Shown: piece by piece, positions 9,576 to 19,834 of the stretch
Layout of the letters: every line of letters starts with the position of its first letter
How positions within the stretch are numbered: the first letter of the stretch is position 1
The notes under the pieces: model-generated
The model's database searches: none
What the model saw: the letters and a program-made list of their open reading frames with translations, nothing else
Told to the model about the DNA's origin: nothing
Assembly: GCA_017554325.1 (NCBI GenBank)
Contig: JAFZIP010000005.1
Coordinates: 197,385 to 261,384 of the forward strand
Length of the DNA stretch: 64,000 nt
Direction of reading: 5' to 3'
DNA from: Bacteroidales bacterium
GTDB taxonomy: Bacteria; Bacteroidota; Bacteroidia; Bacteroidales; WCHB1-69
Translations under genes and position numbers: made by a program

Positions 9576-10220
9576 ATGAAAAAAATACTCATCCCGCTTC
9601 TTGGTTTGTTAATACTGGCATCCTCTGCTCAGGCCCAGCGCAACAAGGGACATCAAGTCTCCCGATGGTCCTTCATGACCTCTGTCGGCTATGCCAACGG
9701 CGTGGGCCATATAGACCTGAAATACCCTAACGGCAACCTGGTGAAATCGGTTGACAATAGCATCCCCAACTTCCAGATACACCAACTGCTGGCCTATCAA
9801 TTCGACAATATCTTCACCATGGGCATCGAGACCGGCTTCGACATCTGGCGGCACACTGCTTTCATCCCCGTTTGCCTGAATCTCAGCATCAACATGACCG
9901 ATTACACCAAAGTGGCTCCTATGACCTTCTTGAATTTGGGATGGGGGTTCAAGTGGTACGGGCAGACCAAGCCGGAGAGCACCGACCGAGTGGTTCACGG
10001 CACCAATTGGGGACCCTGCGGGGAATTTGGGTTGGGAATGCGAGTGCGTTTCACAGACAAGCTATCGTTAGTCATTTCCGGCGTTTACAAAATGCAGTTC
10101 TCCAAAATCGGGTATTCCATCGTAGAACCCGATGAGCAAGACTATTCCGACCTCTATCCCAACCAGTATCAAAACACTTTCTACCATTTTGCCGGTGTAA
10201 AAATCGGCTTAGCCTATTAA
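9576..10220 (+). CDS. Outer-membrane beta-barrel protein (small porin-like)
   Basis: Signal peptide ending AQAQ, an alternating beta-strand pattern, and an aromatic C-terminus (GVKIGLAY). Confidence 0.6.
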   Translation: MKKILIPLLGLLILASSAQAQRNKGHQVSRWSFMTSVGYANGVGHIDLKYPNGNLVKSVDNSIPNFQIHQLLAYQFDNIFTMGIETGFDIWRHTAFIPVCLNLSINMTDYTKVAPMTFLNLGWGFKWYGQTKPESTDRVVHGTNWGPCGEFGLGMRVRFTDKLSLVISGVYKMQFSKIGYSIVEPDEQDYSDLYPNQYQNTFYHFAGVKIGLAY

Positions 10221-10232
10221 TAATTATAGTAC

Positions 10233-10427
10233 ATGAAAGAAGAACTCACCTATACTGAAGCTTTCGGGCAGTTACAAGCCATCGTCAAACGGATGGAAGA
10301 TGCTGACATTTCGGTGGACGACCTGGCCGATCACATCAAACAGGCCTCCAAACTGATCAAGATCTGCAAAGACAAGCTGACGAAAATAGAACAAGAGGTC
10401 AACAAAAACATAGCCGAGCTCTCCTGA
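10233..10427 (+). CDS. xseB: Exodeoxyribonuclease VII small subunit
   Basis: 64 aa; the pattern LTYTEAFGQLQAIVKRMEDADISVDDL...CKDKL is typical of XseB. Confidence 0.8.
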   Translation: MKEELTYTEAFGQLQAIVKRMEDADISVDDLADHIKQASKLIKICKDKLTKIEQEVNKNIAELS

Positions 10428-11077
10428 TGTCCACCTTTGACCTGATAGACCACACCATCGAAGCGTACTGCGAGGCGCACACCTCTCCCGAAAGCGAGCT
10501 TCTGTACCGGCTCAACCGGCAGACGAATCTGGAGACGGTGAACCCGCGTATGATCTCCGACCAGCTTCAAGGCCAGTTTTTGACTTTCATTTCCAAGATG
10601 CTCCGACCTGAACGCATTCTGGAAATCGGCACATTCACAGGGTACTCTGCACTGTGCCTTGCAGAGGGGTTAACGGCCACGGGCGAGTTGCACACCATCG
10701 AGGTCAACGTGGAGTACGAGGATCGCATCCGGAAGTACTTCAGCCAGTCGCCGATTGAAAAGCAGATCATCCTGCACATCGGGGACGCGTTGCAAGTGGT
10801 ACCCAAGCTGGATATGACATGGGATTTGGTTTTTATTGATGCAGAAAAGGAGGATTACATGTCGTACTATGAGGCCGTGCTGCCCTCCGTCAGGAAAGGC
10901 GGGTTCATCTTGGCAGACAATGTGCTTTGGAACGGCAAGGTGGTGCAAGAGGCCGTCGGCAACGACCGCGACACCCGGGCCATCCTCGCCTTCAACGACC
11001 ATATCCAAAACGACCGCCGCGTAAGGAATTTACTCCTGCCGTTCCGTGACGGTATCATGATAATCGAAAAGTTGTAA
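10427..11077 (+). CDS. Class I SAM-dependent O-methyltransferase (caffeoyl-CoA OMT / YrrM-like family)
   Basis: [16 protein letters not shown] (SAM motif I), [12 protein letters not shown] and [13 protein letters not shown]. Its start overlaps the xseB stop (TGATG). Confidence 0.8.
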   Translation: MSTFDLIDHTIEAYCEAHTSPESELLYRLNRQTNLETVNPRMISDQLQGQFLTFISKMLRPERILEIGTFTGYSALCLAEGLTATGELHTIEVNVEYEDRIRKYFSQSPIEKQIILHIGDALQVVPKLDMTWDLVFIDAEKEDYMSYYEAVLPSVRKGGFILADNVLWNGKVVQEAVGNDRDTRAILAFNDHIQNDRRVRNLLLPFRDGIMIIEKL

Positions 11078-11079
11078 AT

Positions 11080-11757
11080 ATGAGAATAGATATACTCACT
11101 CTTTTTCCTGACATGTTCACCGGTGTTTTCGGCAACTCCATCCTCAAGCGGGCGGTGGACAAGGGACATTTGGAACTTCACACACACGACATCCGCAGTT
11201 ACACCACCGACAAGCACCACAAGGCGGACGACTATCCTTTTGGCGGCGGTGCCGGCATGGTGATGATGATCGAGCCCATTGCGCGGTGCATTGAACAGCT
11301 TCAGAGCGAGCGCACCTACGATGCCATCTATCTGATGGCCCCCGACGGCAAGGTCTTCGACCAGCACAAAGCCAATGAGATGTCCATGCTGAACAACATC
11401 ATCCTGCTTTGCGGTCACTACAAGGGTGTCGATGAGCGTGTGCGCGAGATTTTCATCACCGAAGACCTCAGCATTGGCGATTACGTGCTCTCCGGTGGTG
11501 AGTTGGCCGCCATGGTCATCACCGACGCCATCGCACGTGTCATCCCCGGCGTTATCAACGACGGGACCTCCGCCCTCTCCGACTCTTTCCAGGACGACCT
11601 GCTCTCCGCGCCCGTATATACGCGCCCGGCGGACTGGCGCGGACACCGCGTGCCCGACGTGCTCCTTTCCGGCAACGACAAACTGATTGCGGAATGGAAA
11701 ATGGAACAACAACTGCAACGCACTCAACAACGCCGCCCCGACTTACTCGAAAAATAA
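11080..11757 (+). CDS. trmD: tRNA (guanine37-N1)-methyltransferase
   Basis: [13 protein letters not shown]...[13 protein letters not shown]...[11 protein letters not shown]...[11 protein letters not shown]. Confidence 0.93.
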   Translation: MRIDILTLFPDMFTGVFGNSILKRAVDKGHLELHTHDIRSYTTDKHHKADDYPFGGGAGMVMMIEPIARCIEQLQSERTYDAIYLMAPDGKVFDQHKANEMSMLNNIILLCGHYKGVDERVREIFITEDLSIGDYVLSGGELAAMVITDAIARVIPGVINDGTSALSDSFQDDLLSAPVYTRPADWRGHRVPDVLLSGNDKLIAEWKMEQQLQRTQQRRPDLLEK

Positions 11758-13052
11758 TGAACCAGACGTTAGAACATATCGCCCAGAGCCTCACAGCGAG
11801 CAAGCAACCCCGCAAGAAACTCTTGTCGGACAACTGGCATTTCAACGTGTTCTTTTTCCTTCTATTGGCTGCCGCCGCAACACTGCCTTTCTCCACTTGG
11901 ATCATGCTGCCCATCGCCGGCATCCAGCTCGTCAACTGGATTTGGGAATGGAACTGGAAGGAAAAATGGAACACCCTCCGCGAGAATGCATCCCCTTTGA
12001 CCATTTTCGTCCTTCTCTCCATGTATCTGCTGGTCATCTACGGATTCTTCCTCTCCTACAACAAAAGCCGCGCCATGGCCGCATTCGACTGTTATTTGTG
12101 GTTTCTTGTCGCCCCGCTGTTTCTGCTCACCCAAAAGCGGCGCAACCTGACCAACAGCCGGATACACATGATCTTCATGTTCTTCGCCATCTCCACAGTA
12201 CTGCATCTCTGCATCATCTTCTTCATCGCAATCCGCAAATACATACAAACTGGCAACGACGCCTTCCTATACTACCAGAATTTCTCTGTCTTCCGACACC
12301 CCTCCTATCTGGCCATGTACGCCACCTTCTCCTTCTATGTCATGCTGGATTATCTGAACAAGACCCACAAAAGCCTGCCTTTATATTCCAAAATAGGACT
12401 TTACATTGCTATGGCAGTGCTGCTGGCAGGTGTCTTCTTTTTGCAATCCAAAGCTGGAATTCTGGTATTCTGTATTCTGGCGGTTGTGTGGTTCGTGTAT
12501 CTGCTGTTCATACGGAGCACCAACATCGCCGCCGCGCTCAGCGTGGTGATTGTCGTGACCAGCATCGGCATTGTGCTGCACGAAACCCAGATCCTGTCTG
12601 TACACCGTATCAAAGACTCCATTGAGGAGGTGGGCAAATACACACCCGAACATCTTGGTAGTAGTAGCAATCAAATCCGGATCACAGTTTGGAAGTCAAC
12701 CCTGGAAATCTGCAAGAAAAACTTGCCGTGGGGCGTGGGCACTGGTGATGCCACAGACGAACTTAACGTCAACGCCGTCAAGAAGAACTATACCAACCTC
12801 ATCGGTCACCATTATAATGCGCATAACCAATACCTGCAGACGCTGCTCACCACCGGCATCCCCGGCATTATCATCCTGCTGACCTACTGTCTGTATCCGC
12901 TCGTCATCAGCATACGCAAGCGCAACATCCTCTACCAATCCTTCGTCCTCATCCTGATCCTGAACATCCTCGTGGAATCCATGTTCGAGGTCCGGGCCGG
13001 CGTAGATTTTCTCGCCATGATGAATGTGCTACTGTTTTTAAGGAGCAAATGA
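11757..13052 (+). CDS. O-antigen ligase (Wzy_C)-family polytopic membrane protein
   Basis: Many TM segments and the Wzy_C-type motif GHHYNAHNQYLQTLLTTGIPG. I moved the start to the ATG at 11757, which overlaps the trmD stop (TAATG). Confidence 0.75.
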   Translation: MNQTLEHIAQSLTASKQPRKKLLSDNWHFNVFFFLLLAAAATLPFSTWIMLPIAGIQLVNWIWEWNWKEKWNTLRENASPLTIFVLLSMYLLVIYGFFLSYNKSRAMAAFDCYLWFLVAPLFLLTQKRRNLTNSRIHMIFMFFAISTVLHLCIIFFIAIRKYIQTGNDAFLYYQNFSVFRHPSYLAMYATFSFYVMLDYLNKTHKSLPLYSKIGLYIAMAVLLAGVFFLQSKAGILVFCILAVVWFVYLLFIRSTNIAAALSVVIVVTSIGIVLHETQILSVHRIKDSIEEVGKYTPEHLGSSSNQIRITVWKSTLEICKKNLPWGVGTGDATDELNVNAVKKNYTNLIGHHYNAHNQYLQTLLTTGIPGIIILLTYCLYPLVISIRKRNILYQSFVLILILNILVESMFEVRAGVDFLAMMNVLLFLRSK

Positions 13053-13236
13053 GGCAGAAAGGGATAAAAGGGGTAAATGGGGTTAAAGGTGGATTTTTAA
13101 CATTTAATTCTAAATTTTAACAAAATATTTTCTAATAATTAATATATTATTGTCTTTTATTTCATAAAAAGTATATTTTTGCCGGCGTTAAACCAATGGC
13201 GACCCCTGTGGGTGCCAGACAAAAATCATAATAATC

Positions 13237-16200
13237 ATGAAGAAAAGACATGTTTTTCTGTTTCTGTTTTGTGTTTTGACGTGTCGTGTTTTTTCACAAA
13301 CCACCGACATGCGCATTGAGTTGAGCGCGACATCCGTGGCGGCCACGTGCCAAGGCAACGGCGAGATCCATTGTTCTGTAACCTATTCCGACGGCTTGGA
13401 CATCGAGCAGTTGCGCTATTTCTACATCCCGCTTTCGGGCATAGACTCCATTATGGAGACCTCCCTACCCTACATCACGCACCTAAGGCCGGGCAACTAC
13501 ATGGTAAAGGTATCGGCTTTGTGCAACACAGGACTGCCGCAAGGAGACCGATACGTGGTAATTTCAGATTCCGCCGAGATATTGGTCGAATCCGCCTACA
13601 CAATTCCGTCCAGCGGCATGATTTACAACATTTACTCCCACACACTACCCTATGGCATCGTACCTTCCATGGCATGCGAGCCGACGGGGAAGATTCAAGT
13701 CAAGATTCAGGACGGTACATTTCCATACCATTTGGACATCTGGACTGTGACAGACACCGGGCTGGTCTTTTTCAGGGCACAAGATTTCGACACCCTCGAG
13801 CACTTTGGCGCCGACTCGATGCGGTACGATTACCTGCATTACTACACCATCGACAGCCTGCCGGCGGGCACCTATCGGATTATCTGCCACGACGGTTGCG
13901 GTTACCATACGCCTTACTTGCAGGCCATCGTGCCCAAGGTAAAGCATTATGATCACATATACAACCATCAGCTCCGCAACAGTTCCGGAGACCCTGAAAG
14001 TTACAATGTCATTACCTTCAAGGAGCTACGGGACACTTACACCTACGTCGGGCACAACGACGACTACTACCGGCAAACCGGACGGGATTTTCCCTATCTG
14101 TATCGTTTCATCAACCCCACTATCGGCACGGAGAACGACACAACGCCTTGGAAGCAGATCCCCGACTTCGAAAACGCTATTTTCCTATATGACACACTTT
14201 CCGCCTTGCACGACTATGGTGAATTGTGGGAACGTACTGTTATCCTGCAGCTACAGCCACCCTGCGGAGACACGCTTTTCTCCTATCCCTTCACCATCCA
14301 TATTCACGGCCGCAATTATATTGCAGAGGAAAGAGAAACCTTCAATCAAACTAATACATTCGCAGTCTTCGACTATTGCGGGTACACAAACGGAATAATT
14401 GACTACTATCAGAGAACCAGTGGCATCAATGTCAAGCACATCTACGAGGCTTGCCATAGCCTATCAGACAGCGTAGATTGTAAATTTTTCTGGGGATACA
14501 CCTTGAGCGGCGGCATCCCGAACTCGGAAAAGAAATCCGAATATCACACCTATATCACCATGCCCCTGCGACTGCATGTCATCAACACCACAACGGACAC
14601 TGTCGTCACAACAGAAATACTGGAAGATTTTGACTACAGATGGGGTTATCTGATACTGAAGGACCAGAACATGCATGGGGACACGCTCCTCATAGAAATC
14701 ACGGATTATCATCACAACCCCATCATCTCCCAACTTTTCAAATACAAATCCGACACCACCCATCTCACTTCAGGAGGACTACGAGCGTATCTTCATTGGG
14801 TAAAATGGAAATCACCTCAAGTAGAACAATTATGTCCAGATGTGCCACACAGCATTGGCATCGTCTATGAAACTCCGTTTACCGGTAAGATGGTTATAGG
14901 AGATACAACAGGCTATATCTATGACCGGGACACAATCTGTCTGATAGAAAGTCCGGGGAACAATCATTACAACTTCACCGCCATTCCGAACTTATCAGGC
15001 AACTGGACCATCGTACGTGAGCGGCAGGACAATCATGCCATAATTGAAAAGAAAGAGGTTTGGCACAGTAACTCCAATCGCATGGGCATGATACTTACAG
15101 ACACCAATCTGCTACCCGGCCGGTATGTTTGGATTGTCAGGAGAGACTGCCCTTACAACGACACCATTGTGATTGACTTTGACTACAACCTGCCAGTCGT
15201 CAGCGAGTCGCCACAATACATATTCGACACCACATGTACGGCATTGAACATCACCCCAGTCAAGGGGCAGTACAGCAAAGAGGGCATGGAGGTGGAAACC
15301 TTCTTCCAAGTGACGCAGGAAGACTCACTCACGCACAGTGCTTCGGCGGTTCACAAGGGCGGGATGCTGTCCGTCGGCATTCCTGGAACCTATCGGATTT
15401 GCATGTACTCGCTGCCGCTCGACAACGGCACGATATTGGACAAGAACCCGTGTTTTATCACGGACACCGTCATTCATTGGCAATATCAAACCGTGGAATT
15501 GGATTACATTTATGGGCACGTGTGCAATCAGGAGGACAGCATCGGATTTGTTCACGTAAAGGGGAAACACGGTGTCAAGCCTTACTCATACAAACTCTTC
15601 AGCAATCCTAATGGGCAAGGCGAAGGAATTGCCACCAACCAGACAGGCGTATTCGACTTCGTGTCCGTGCGTTTCGGGCAAACAGTTTCCGTTGAAATCA
15701 CAGATGCGTGCAACGCGCACTTTATCACAAACTTGACCATCAGCGACATGGACAAAATCCGGAAATGCTGGACAGACATGCTCTGCAACGACATCACATT
15801 GCCGGAGGGTGACACATGCCATCTGTACGGACTCACGTTGGGTGACGCGCACTATCATTGGCACGGGCCCCATGGATTCAGCAGCCACCAGCGGCAAGTC
15901 TCGTTCGCCATCCGGAGCAGTGCGGATTCCGGCATCTACTACCTCGACATCGAGGGTGCAGGCTGTGGCGTGATGACCGACAGTGTTCTCGTGCGCGTGG
16001 CGGCACGTCCTTGCCCGCAGGCCATTGACTATGACGGCAACATTTACTCATCCATCCGCATTGACGGACTGTGCTGGACGCAAACAAACCTGCGCTCCGT
16101 GCACTACAGCGACGGAAGACCTGTCAACCCGATACACATCTATCAACCATCGCGCTTCAGTCCGGAGGAGACAGTGGACATTTTCGGCATGTTATACACA

Positions 16201-16587
16201 TGGTATGCCACCCTTGACACTGGCACGGTGAGTGCTTCGGAGCACGTCCAAGGCATCTGCCCGGAAGGGTGGTACTTGCCCACTTGCGCACAATATGAAC
16301 GCTTATTGCAACATGGGGCCATGGCTCTGCGCACGCCGGAGTACTGGATCGGCAACGAAGGCGGCACCAACGAAACCGGATTCTCAGCCCTGCCGGCAGG
16401 GTTCTTCAACGGCGCGCGCAACCGTTACGAAAACCTCCTGGGAGAGACACGCTTTTGGGCACTTTGCACACGCTTTTACTCCGAAAACGCCTACTGCTAT
16501 GTACTGAATTTCTTCTGCCAAGAGCTCTCGAACCTCCGCAGCAACCCCTCTGATGCCTACTCTGTACGCTGTGTTTTAGCCGAATAA
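13237..16587 (+). CDS. Large secreted protein (1116 aa) with a C-terminal FISUMP (Fibrobacter succinogenes major paralogous, TIGR02145-like) domain
   Basis: Signal peptide. The C-terminal ~220 aa match the family pattern (DYDGNIYSSIRIDGLCWTQTNL...YTWYA...ICPEGWYLPTCAQYERL...GFSALPAGF...FWA...YSVRCV). I do not recognise the ~880-aa N-terminal region. Confidence 0.75.
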   Translation: MKKRHVFLFLFCVLTCRVFSQTTDMRIELSATSVAATCQGNGEIHCSVTYSDGLDIEQLRYFYIPLSGIDSIMETSLPYITHLRPGNYMVKVSALCNTGLPQGDRYVVISDSAEILVESAYTIPSSGMIYNIYSHTLPYGIVPSMACEPTGKIQVKIQDGTFPYHLDIWTVTDTGLVFFRAQDFDTLEHFGADSMRYDYLHYYTIDSLPAGTYRIICHDGCGYHTPYLQAIVPKVKHYDHIYNHQLRNSSGDPESYNVITFKELRDTYTYVGHNDDYYRQTGRDFPYLYRFINPTIGTENDTTPWKQIPDFENAIFLYDTLSALHDYGELWERTVILQLQPPCGDTLFSYPFTIHIHGRNYIAEERETFNQTNTFAVFDYCGYTNGIIDYYQRTSGINVKHIYEACHSLSDSVDCKFFWGYTLSGGIPNSEKKSEYHTYITMPLRLHVINTTTDTVVTTEILEDFDYRWGYLILKDQNMHGDTLLIEITDYHHNPIISQLFKYKSDTTHLTSGGLRAYLHWVKWKSPQVEQLCPDVPHSIGIVYETPFTGKMVIGDTTGYIYDRDTICLIESPGNNHYNFTAIPNLSGNWTIVRERQDNHAIIEKKEVWHSNSNRMGMILTDTNLLPGRYVWIVRRDCPYNDTIVIDFDYNLPVVSESPQYIFDTTCTALNITPVKGQYSKEGMEVETFFQVTQEDSLTHSASAVHKGGMLSVGIPGTYRICMYSLPLDNGTILDKNPCFITDTVIHWQYQTVELDYIYGHVCNQEDSIGFVHVKGKHGVKPYSYKLFSNPNGQGEGIATNQTGVFDFVSVRFGQTVSVEITDACNAHFITNLTISDMDKIRKCWTDMLCNDITLPEGDTCHLYGLTLGDAHYHWHGPHGFSSHQRQVSFAIRSSADSGIYYLDIEGAGCGVMTDSVLVRVAARPCPQAIDYDGNIYSSIRIDGLCWTQTNLRSVHYSDGRPVNPIHIYQPSRFSPEETVDIFGMLYTWYATLDTGTVSASEHVQGICPEGWYLPTCAQYERLLQHGAMALRTPEYWIGNEGGTNETGFSALPAGFFNGARNRYENLLGETRFWALCTRFYSENAYCYVLNFFCQELSNLRSNPSDAYSVRCVLAE

Positions 16588-16640
16588 TCACCCTTTAGAT
16601 TTTTTTCTAGAGAGCATAAGCTTTGTTTCATTTTTTTTTG

Positions 16641-16648
16641 TACTTTTG
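16641..16648 (+). promoter_or_regulatory. Bacteroidota -7 promoter box (TACTTTTG) upstream of rpmB
   Basis: Matches the TAnnTTTG consensus, 50 nt upstream of the rpmB ATG. Confidence 0.5.
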
Positions 16649-16697
16649 CCGCCCTTAACAAAGAAGAATATTAATCATTAAAAAACGATAAGAGATC

Positions 16698-16931
16698 ATG
16701 TCAAGAGTTTGCCAGATTACAGGAAAGAAAGCGATAGTTGGAAATAATGTTTCCCACTCCAATATCAAAACCAAAAGAACATTCAAGCCGAACTTGCACA
16801 CCAAGAAGTTCTATGTTCCCGAGTTGGATGAATGGGTTTACCTCAAAGTTTCTGCACACGGCATGCGCATCATCAACAAGAAAGGTGTTTACGCTAGCCT
16901 CGTGGAAGCCGCTGGTAAGGGCATTTTATAA
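16698..16931 (+). CDS. rpmB: 50S ribosomal protein L28
   Basis: [33 protein letters not shown]... is the canonical L28 N-terminus. Confidence 0.93.
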   Translation: MSRVCQITGKKAIVGNNVSHSNIKTKRTFKPNLHTKKFYVPELDEWVYLKVSAHGMRIINKKGVYASLVEAAGKGIL

Positions 16932-16953
16932 TAATCCCTATCGACAAGGCTAC

Positions 16954-16991
16954 AAGCTGTTGTAATGTTGTCATTGCAACAGCTTTTTTTA
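16954..16991 (+). terminator. Rho-independent terminator after rpmB
   Basis: The stem AAGCTGTTG (16954-16962) pairs with CAACAGCTT (16977-16985) and is followed by a T-run. Confidence 0.75.
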
Positions 16992-17058
16992 TTCATGCAC
17001 CATACAATAAAAATCTGTTTCCCTCGTAGTACATATTTGTTCACAGACCTTTCGCATC

Positions 17059-19554
17059 TTGAATATAAGAAAAGCAATATTTCTGGTTTTCATTTTGGTT
17101 CTGACCGCCACAGGATACGGTCAGAAAGCCATTGTAAGAGGTATTGTGCAAGATGAGGAGGGGCAACCCATTGAGAATGTGGTTATTCAGGTACTAGACT
17201 ACAACCTCCAGACCATCACGAGCGACTTTGGGCAGTTCACCATCAACGTGCCCGAAAACGTAGATTTCAGGTTGTACTTCCAGCAAATCAGCCACAAGGA
17301 CACGGTGATAACCATGCATCTCAAGTCCAAGGAGTCGAAGAACATCACGGTGATATTGCCCACCATTGGCAACCGGCTGGAGCAGGTCAACATACAGAGC
17401 AAGAGCGATAACGGCTACATCCGGGTCAACCCGAAGCTCTCGTTCCAGATGCCTTCGCCAGGCGGCGGCATGGAGTCCATCATCAAGATGCTGCCGGGTG
17501 CCTCCTCCGTCAACGAGTTGAGTTCCCAATACAACGTGCGCGGCGGCAACTACGATGAGAACCTCATCTTTGTCAACGACATCCAGATATACCGTCCATT
17601 CCTCATGCGCAACGCGCAGCAGGAGGGCATGAGTTTCGTGAACACCGACCTTGCCGGCAACGTGGTTTTCTCCGCCGGCGGTTTTGAAGCCAAGTACGGC
17701 GACAAGATGTCGTCGGTGCTTGACGTGCAATACAAAGAACCAACCCAATATGGAGGGTCTTTCTCCCTCAGCATGTTGGGGGCTTCGGCGCACGCTGAGG
17801 GACGAGTGGACAGCTGTTTCTCTTTCCTTATCGGCGCACGTTTCAAGTCCAACGCCTACCTGCTCCGCTCCATGCGCATGTCCGGAGACACGGCGGATTA
17901 CAAGCCCACTTTCTTCGACACCCAGATGTTGCTCAAATGGGACATCAACAAGAAATTCAGCATCAGTCTCTTGGGAAACTTTTCGCGCAACAGCTACATC
18001 TACCAGCCCACCAACAAGGACACACGGTTCGGCAGTCTGCAGGACAGCAAGCAATTCCTGGTCTTCTACGACGGTCAGGAGGTTGATCTCTACGAGAACT
18101 ATCTGGCCGGGCTCACCTTCTTCTACCGTCCCAGCGACCGCACCCTCTTCAAGCTCATTCTCTCCTCCTATTATGCCAAGGAAAGCGAGACCTACGACAT
18201 ACAGGGGCAATACTGGCTGAACGACATCGAGCCTGACATGGAGTCAAGCACCGTGCACGTCATTTCCAACCGCGGCTATGGCACCAACCTGGAGCACGCG
18301 CGCAACCACATCACTTCCATTGTCTCCGCCGCCGACCTGCGTGGCGAGCACAGGCTGCCTGCCGCCAACACCCTGTCGTGGGGCGTGAAGGCGCAGAACG
18401 AGATCATCAACGACGTAATCAAGGAGTGGAACATGAACGACTCTTCCGGTTACACGCTCCCCATCTCTTACGTGCCAGTTGGCGAGCCCGTACCTTTGGA
18501 CGATCCCTCCCGTATCCTCACCTTCGGTGAAAACTCCTACCTGAACACATCCAACCACCTGAACACCATGCGGTTCACGGGGTTTATCCAGGACCAGTGG
18601 AACATTGACGGTGACAGCATGACCCACTATTCGCTAAACGCCGGTCTTCGTTTCCACTACTGGACCTACAACAAGCGCGAGTTCACCGTTTCACCGAGAA
18701 TATCCTTCATCTACAACCCGCACTGGAAGAGAGACTGGATTTTCTCCGTGCGCACCGGCCTTTACTACCAGCCCGCCTTCTACCGCGAGATGCGATACCC
18801 CGATGGCACGCTCAACCCAGACATCCTCTCGCAACGTTCATTCCACATCGTGGCTGGCGCAGAATACAACTTCAAACTGTGGCGCAGACCGTTCAAGTTC
18901 ACAGCGGAGGCCTACTACAAGTATCTGGACCACCTCATCTCCTACACCATCAACAATGTTCGCATCACCTACAGCGGCTATAACGATGCCGTCGGGTATG
19001 CCACGGGACTGGACCTGAAGGTCAGTGGCGAGTTCATCCGCGGGCTGGAGTCCTGGTTCGCCGTTTCCATCATGGACACCAAGGAGGATATCATGGACGA
19101 CTTCTATTACGACAAAGACGGCAACCGTATCGAGCCGGGGTACATACCGAGGCCTACCGACCAACGGGTGGCCTTCAATCTCTTCTTCCAGGACCACATA
19201 CCAGGATTTCCGCAATTCAGGGCACACCTCAACTTCGTGTTCGCCAGCGGTTTGCCTGTGGCCTTTGAGAAGTCCGAAGGCTTCCAGCGGGTGCGCGACC
19301 CCAAGTGGTACCGCCGCGTGGACCTCGGATTCTCCTTCATGTTTTTGGAGCAGAGCCGCGACCGCATGCGCAACAAGTCCAAGTTCGTCCGCAGTATCAA
19401 GAACGCCGGCGTGTATATTGAGGTTTTCAACGTGCTCGGAACCAAGAACGTGGCCTCCTATTCGTGGGTGAAGGACATCTACAACCAGCATTACGCCATC
19501 CCCAACACCTTGACGGGCCGGTTGGTGAACGTGAAGTTCGCTGTGGAATTCTAA
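17059..19554 (+). CDS. TonB-dependent outer-membrane receptor with an N-terminal carboxypeptidase-regulatory-like domain
   Basis: Signal peptide, a CarboxypepD_reg-like start (AIVRGIVQDEEGQPIENVVIQV), a plug region, a long beta-barrel, and a C-terminal aromatic residue (FAVEF). Confidence 0.8.
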   Translation: MNIRKAIFLVFILVLTATGYGQKAIVRGIVQDEEGQPIENVVIQVLDYNLQTITSDFGQFTINVPENVDFRLYFQQISHKDTVITMHLKSKESKNITVILPTIGNRLEQVNIQSKSDNGYIRVNPKLSFQMPSPGGGMESIIKMLPGASSVNELSSQYNVRGGNYDENLIFVNDIQIYRPFLMRNAQQEGMSFVNTDLAGNVVFSAGGFEAKYGDKMSSVLDVQYKEPTQYGGSFSLSMLGASAHAEGRVDSCFSFLIGARFKSNAYLLRSMRMSGDTADYKPTFFDTQMLLKWDINKKFSISLLGNFSRNSYIYQPTNKDTRFGSLQDSKQFLVFYDGQEVDLYENYLAGLTFFYRPSDRTLFKLILSSYYAKESETYDIQGQYWLNDIEPDMESSTVHVISNRGYGTNLEHARNHITSIVSAADLRGEHRLPAANTLSWGVKAQNEIINDVIKEWNMNDSSGYTLPISYVPVGEPVPLDDPSRILTFGENSYLNTSNHLNTMRFTGFIQDQWNIDGDSMTHYSLNAGLRFHYWTYNKREFTVSPRISFIYNPHWKRDWIFSVRTGLYYQPAFYREMRYPDGTLNPDILSQRSFHIVAGAEYNFKLWRRPFKFTAEAYYKYLDHLISYTINNVRITYSGYNDAVGYATGLDLKVSGEFIRGLESWFAVSIMDTKEDIMDDFYYDKDGNRIEPGYIPRPTDQRVAFNLFFQDHIPGFPQFRAHLNFVFASGLPVAFEKSEGFQRVRDPKWYRRVDLGFSFMFLEQSRDRMRNKSKFVRSIKNAGVYIEVFNVLGTKNVASYSWVKDIYNQHYAIPNTLTGRLVNVKFAVEF

Positions 19555-19579
19555 GTTGTGAGATAATCTATTTTTTCTG

Positions 19580-19587
19580 TATTTTTG
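19580..19587 (+). promoter_or_regulatory. -7 promoter box (TATTTTTG) driving the riboswitch-controlled transcript
   Basis: TAnnTTTG match 8 nt upstream of the riboswitch P1 stem. Confidence 0.55.
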
Positions 19588-19594
19588 CCGCGTT

Positions 19595-19747
19595 ATACGG
19601 TATGAAGGACAATTGTCCTTCTGGGAAACAGGTGCAAATCCTGTACAGTACCCGCTGCTGTGAATCTCAGCTGTTTTCAAAAAATGATGTCACTGTCGTA
19701 AGATGGGAAGACGTTTTGAAAGAGACAAGTCAGAAGACCGGCCGTAT
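19595..19747 (+). promoter_or_regulatory. Cobalamin (B12) riboswitch aptamer
   Basis: P1 pairs ATACGG (19595-19600) with CCGTAT (19742-19747). The conserved core is GGGAAACAGGTGCAAATCCTGTACAGTACCCGCTGCTGTGA, and the B12 box is AGTCAGAAGACCGGCC (19728-19745). Confidence 0.85.
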
Positions 19748-19834
19748 CACATGTTGTTAACCGCTTCGGGAAATAGGCGGGCCATATATGCCACCGGTTT
19801 TCCAAGCATTGTTTAATCGTAAAATGCCGTGGTA

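Noticed and set aside
10867-12625. ORFs 10867-11730 (-, 287 aa) and 11687-12625 (+, 312 aa).
   Set aside because: The first is antisense to trmD and the O-methyltransferase. The second is an alternative frame of the O-antigen-ligase gene and is P/H/R-rich. The ligase frame gives coherent TM helices and the Wzy_C motif.
13053-13100. G-rich periodic stretch (AGGGATAAAAGGGGTAAATGGGGTTAAAGGTGG) as another heptad tract or a G-quadruplex.
   Set aside because: The period is irregular (9-10 nt) and the G-runs are short. It does not convincingly belong to the period-7 family.
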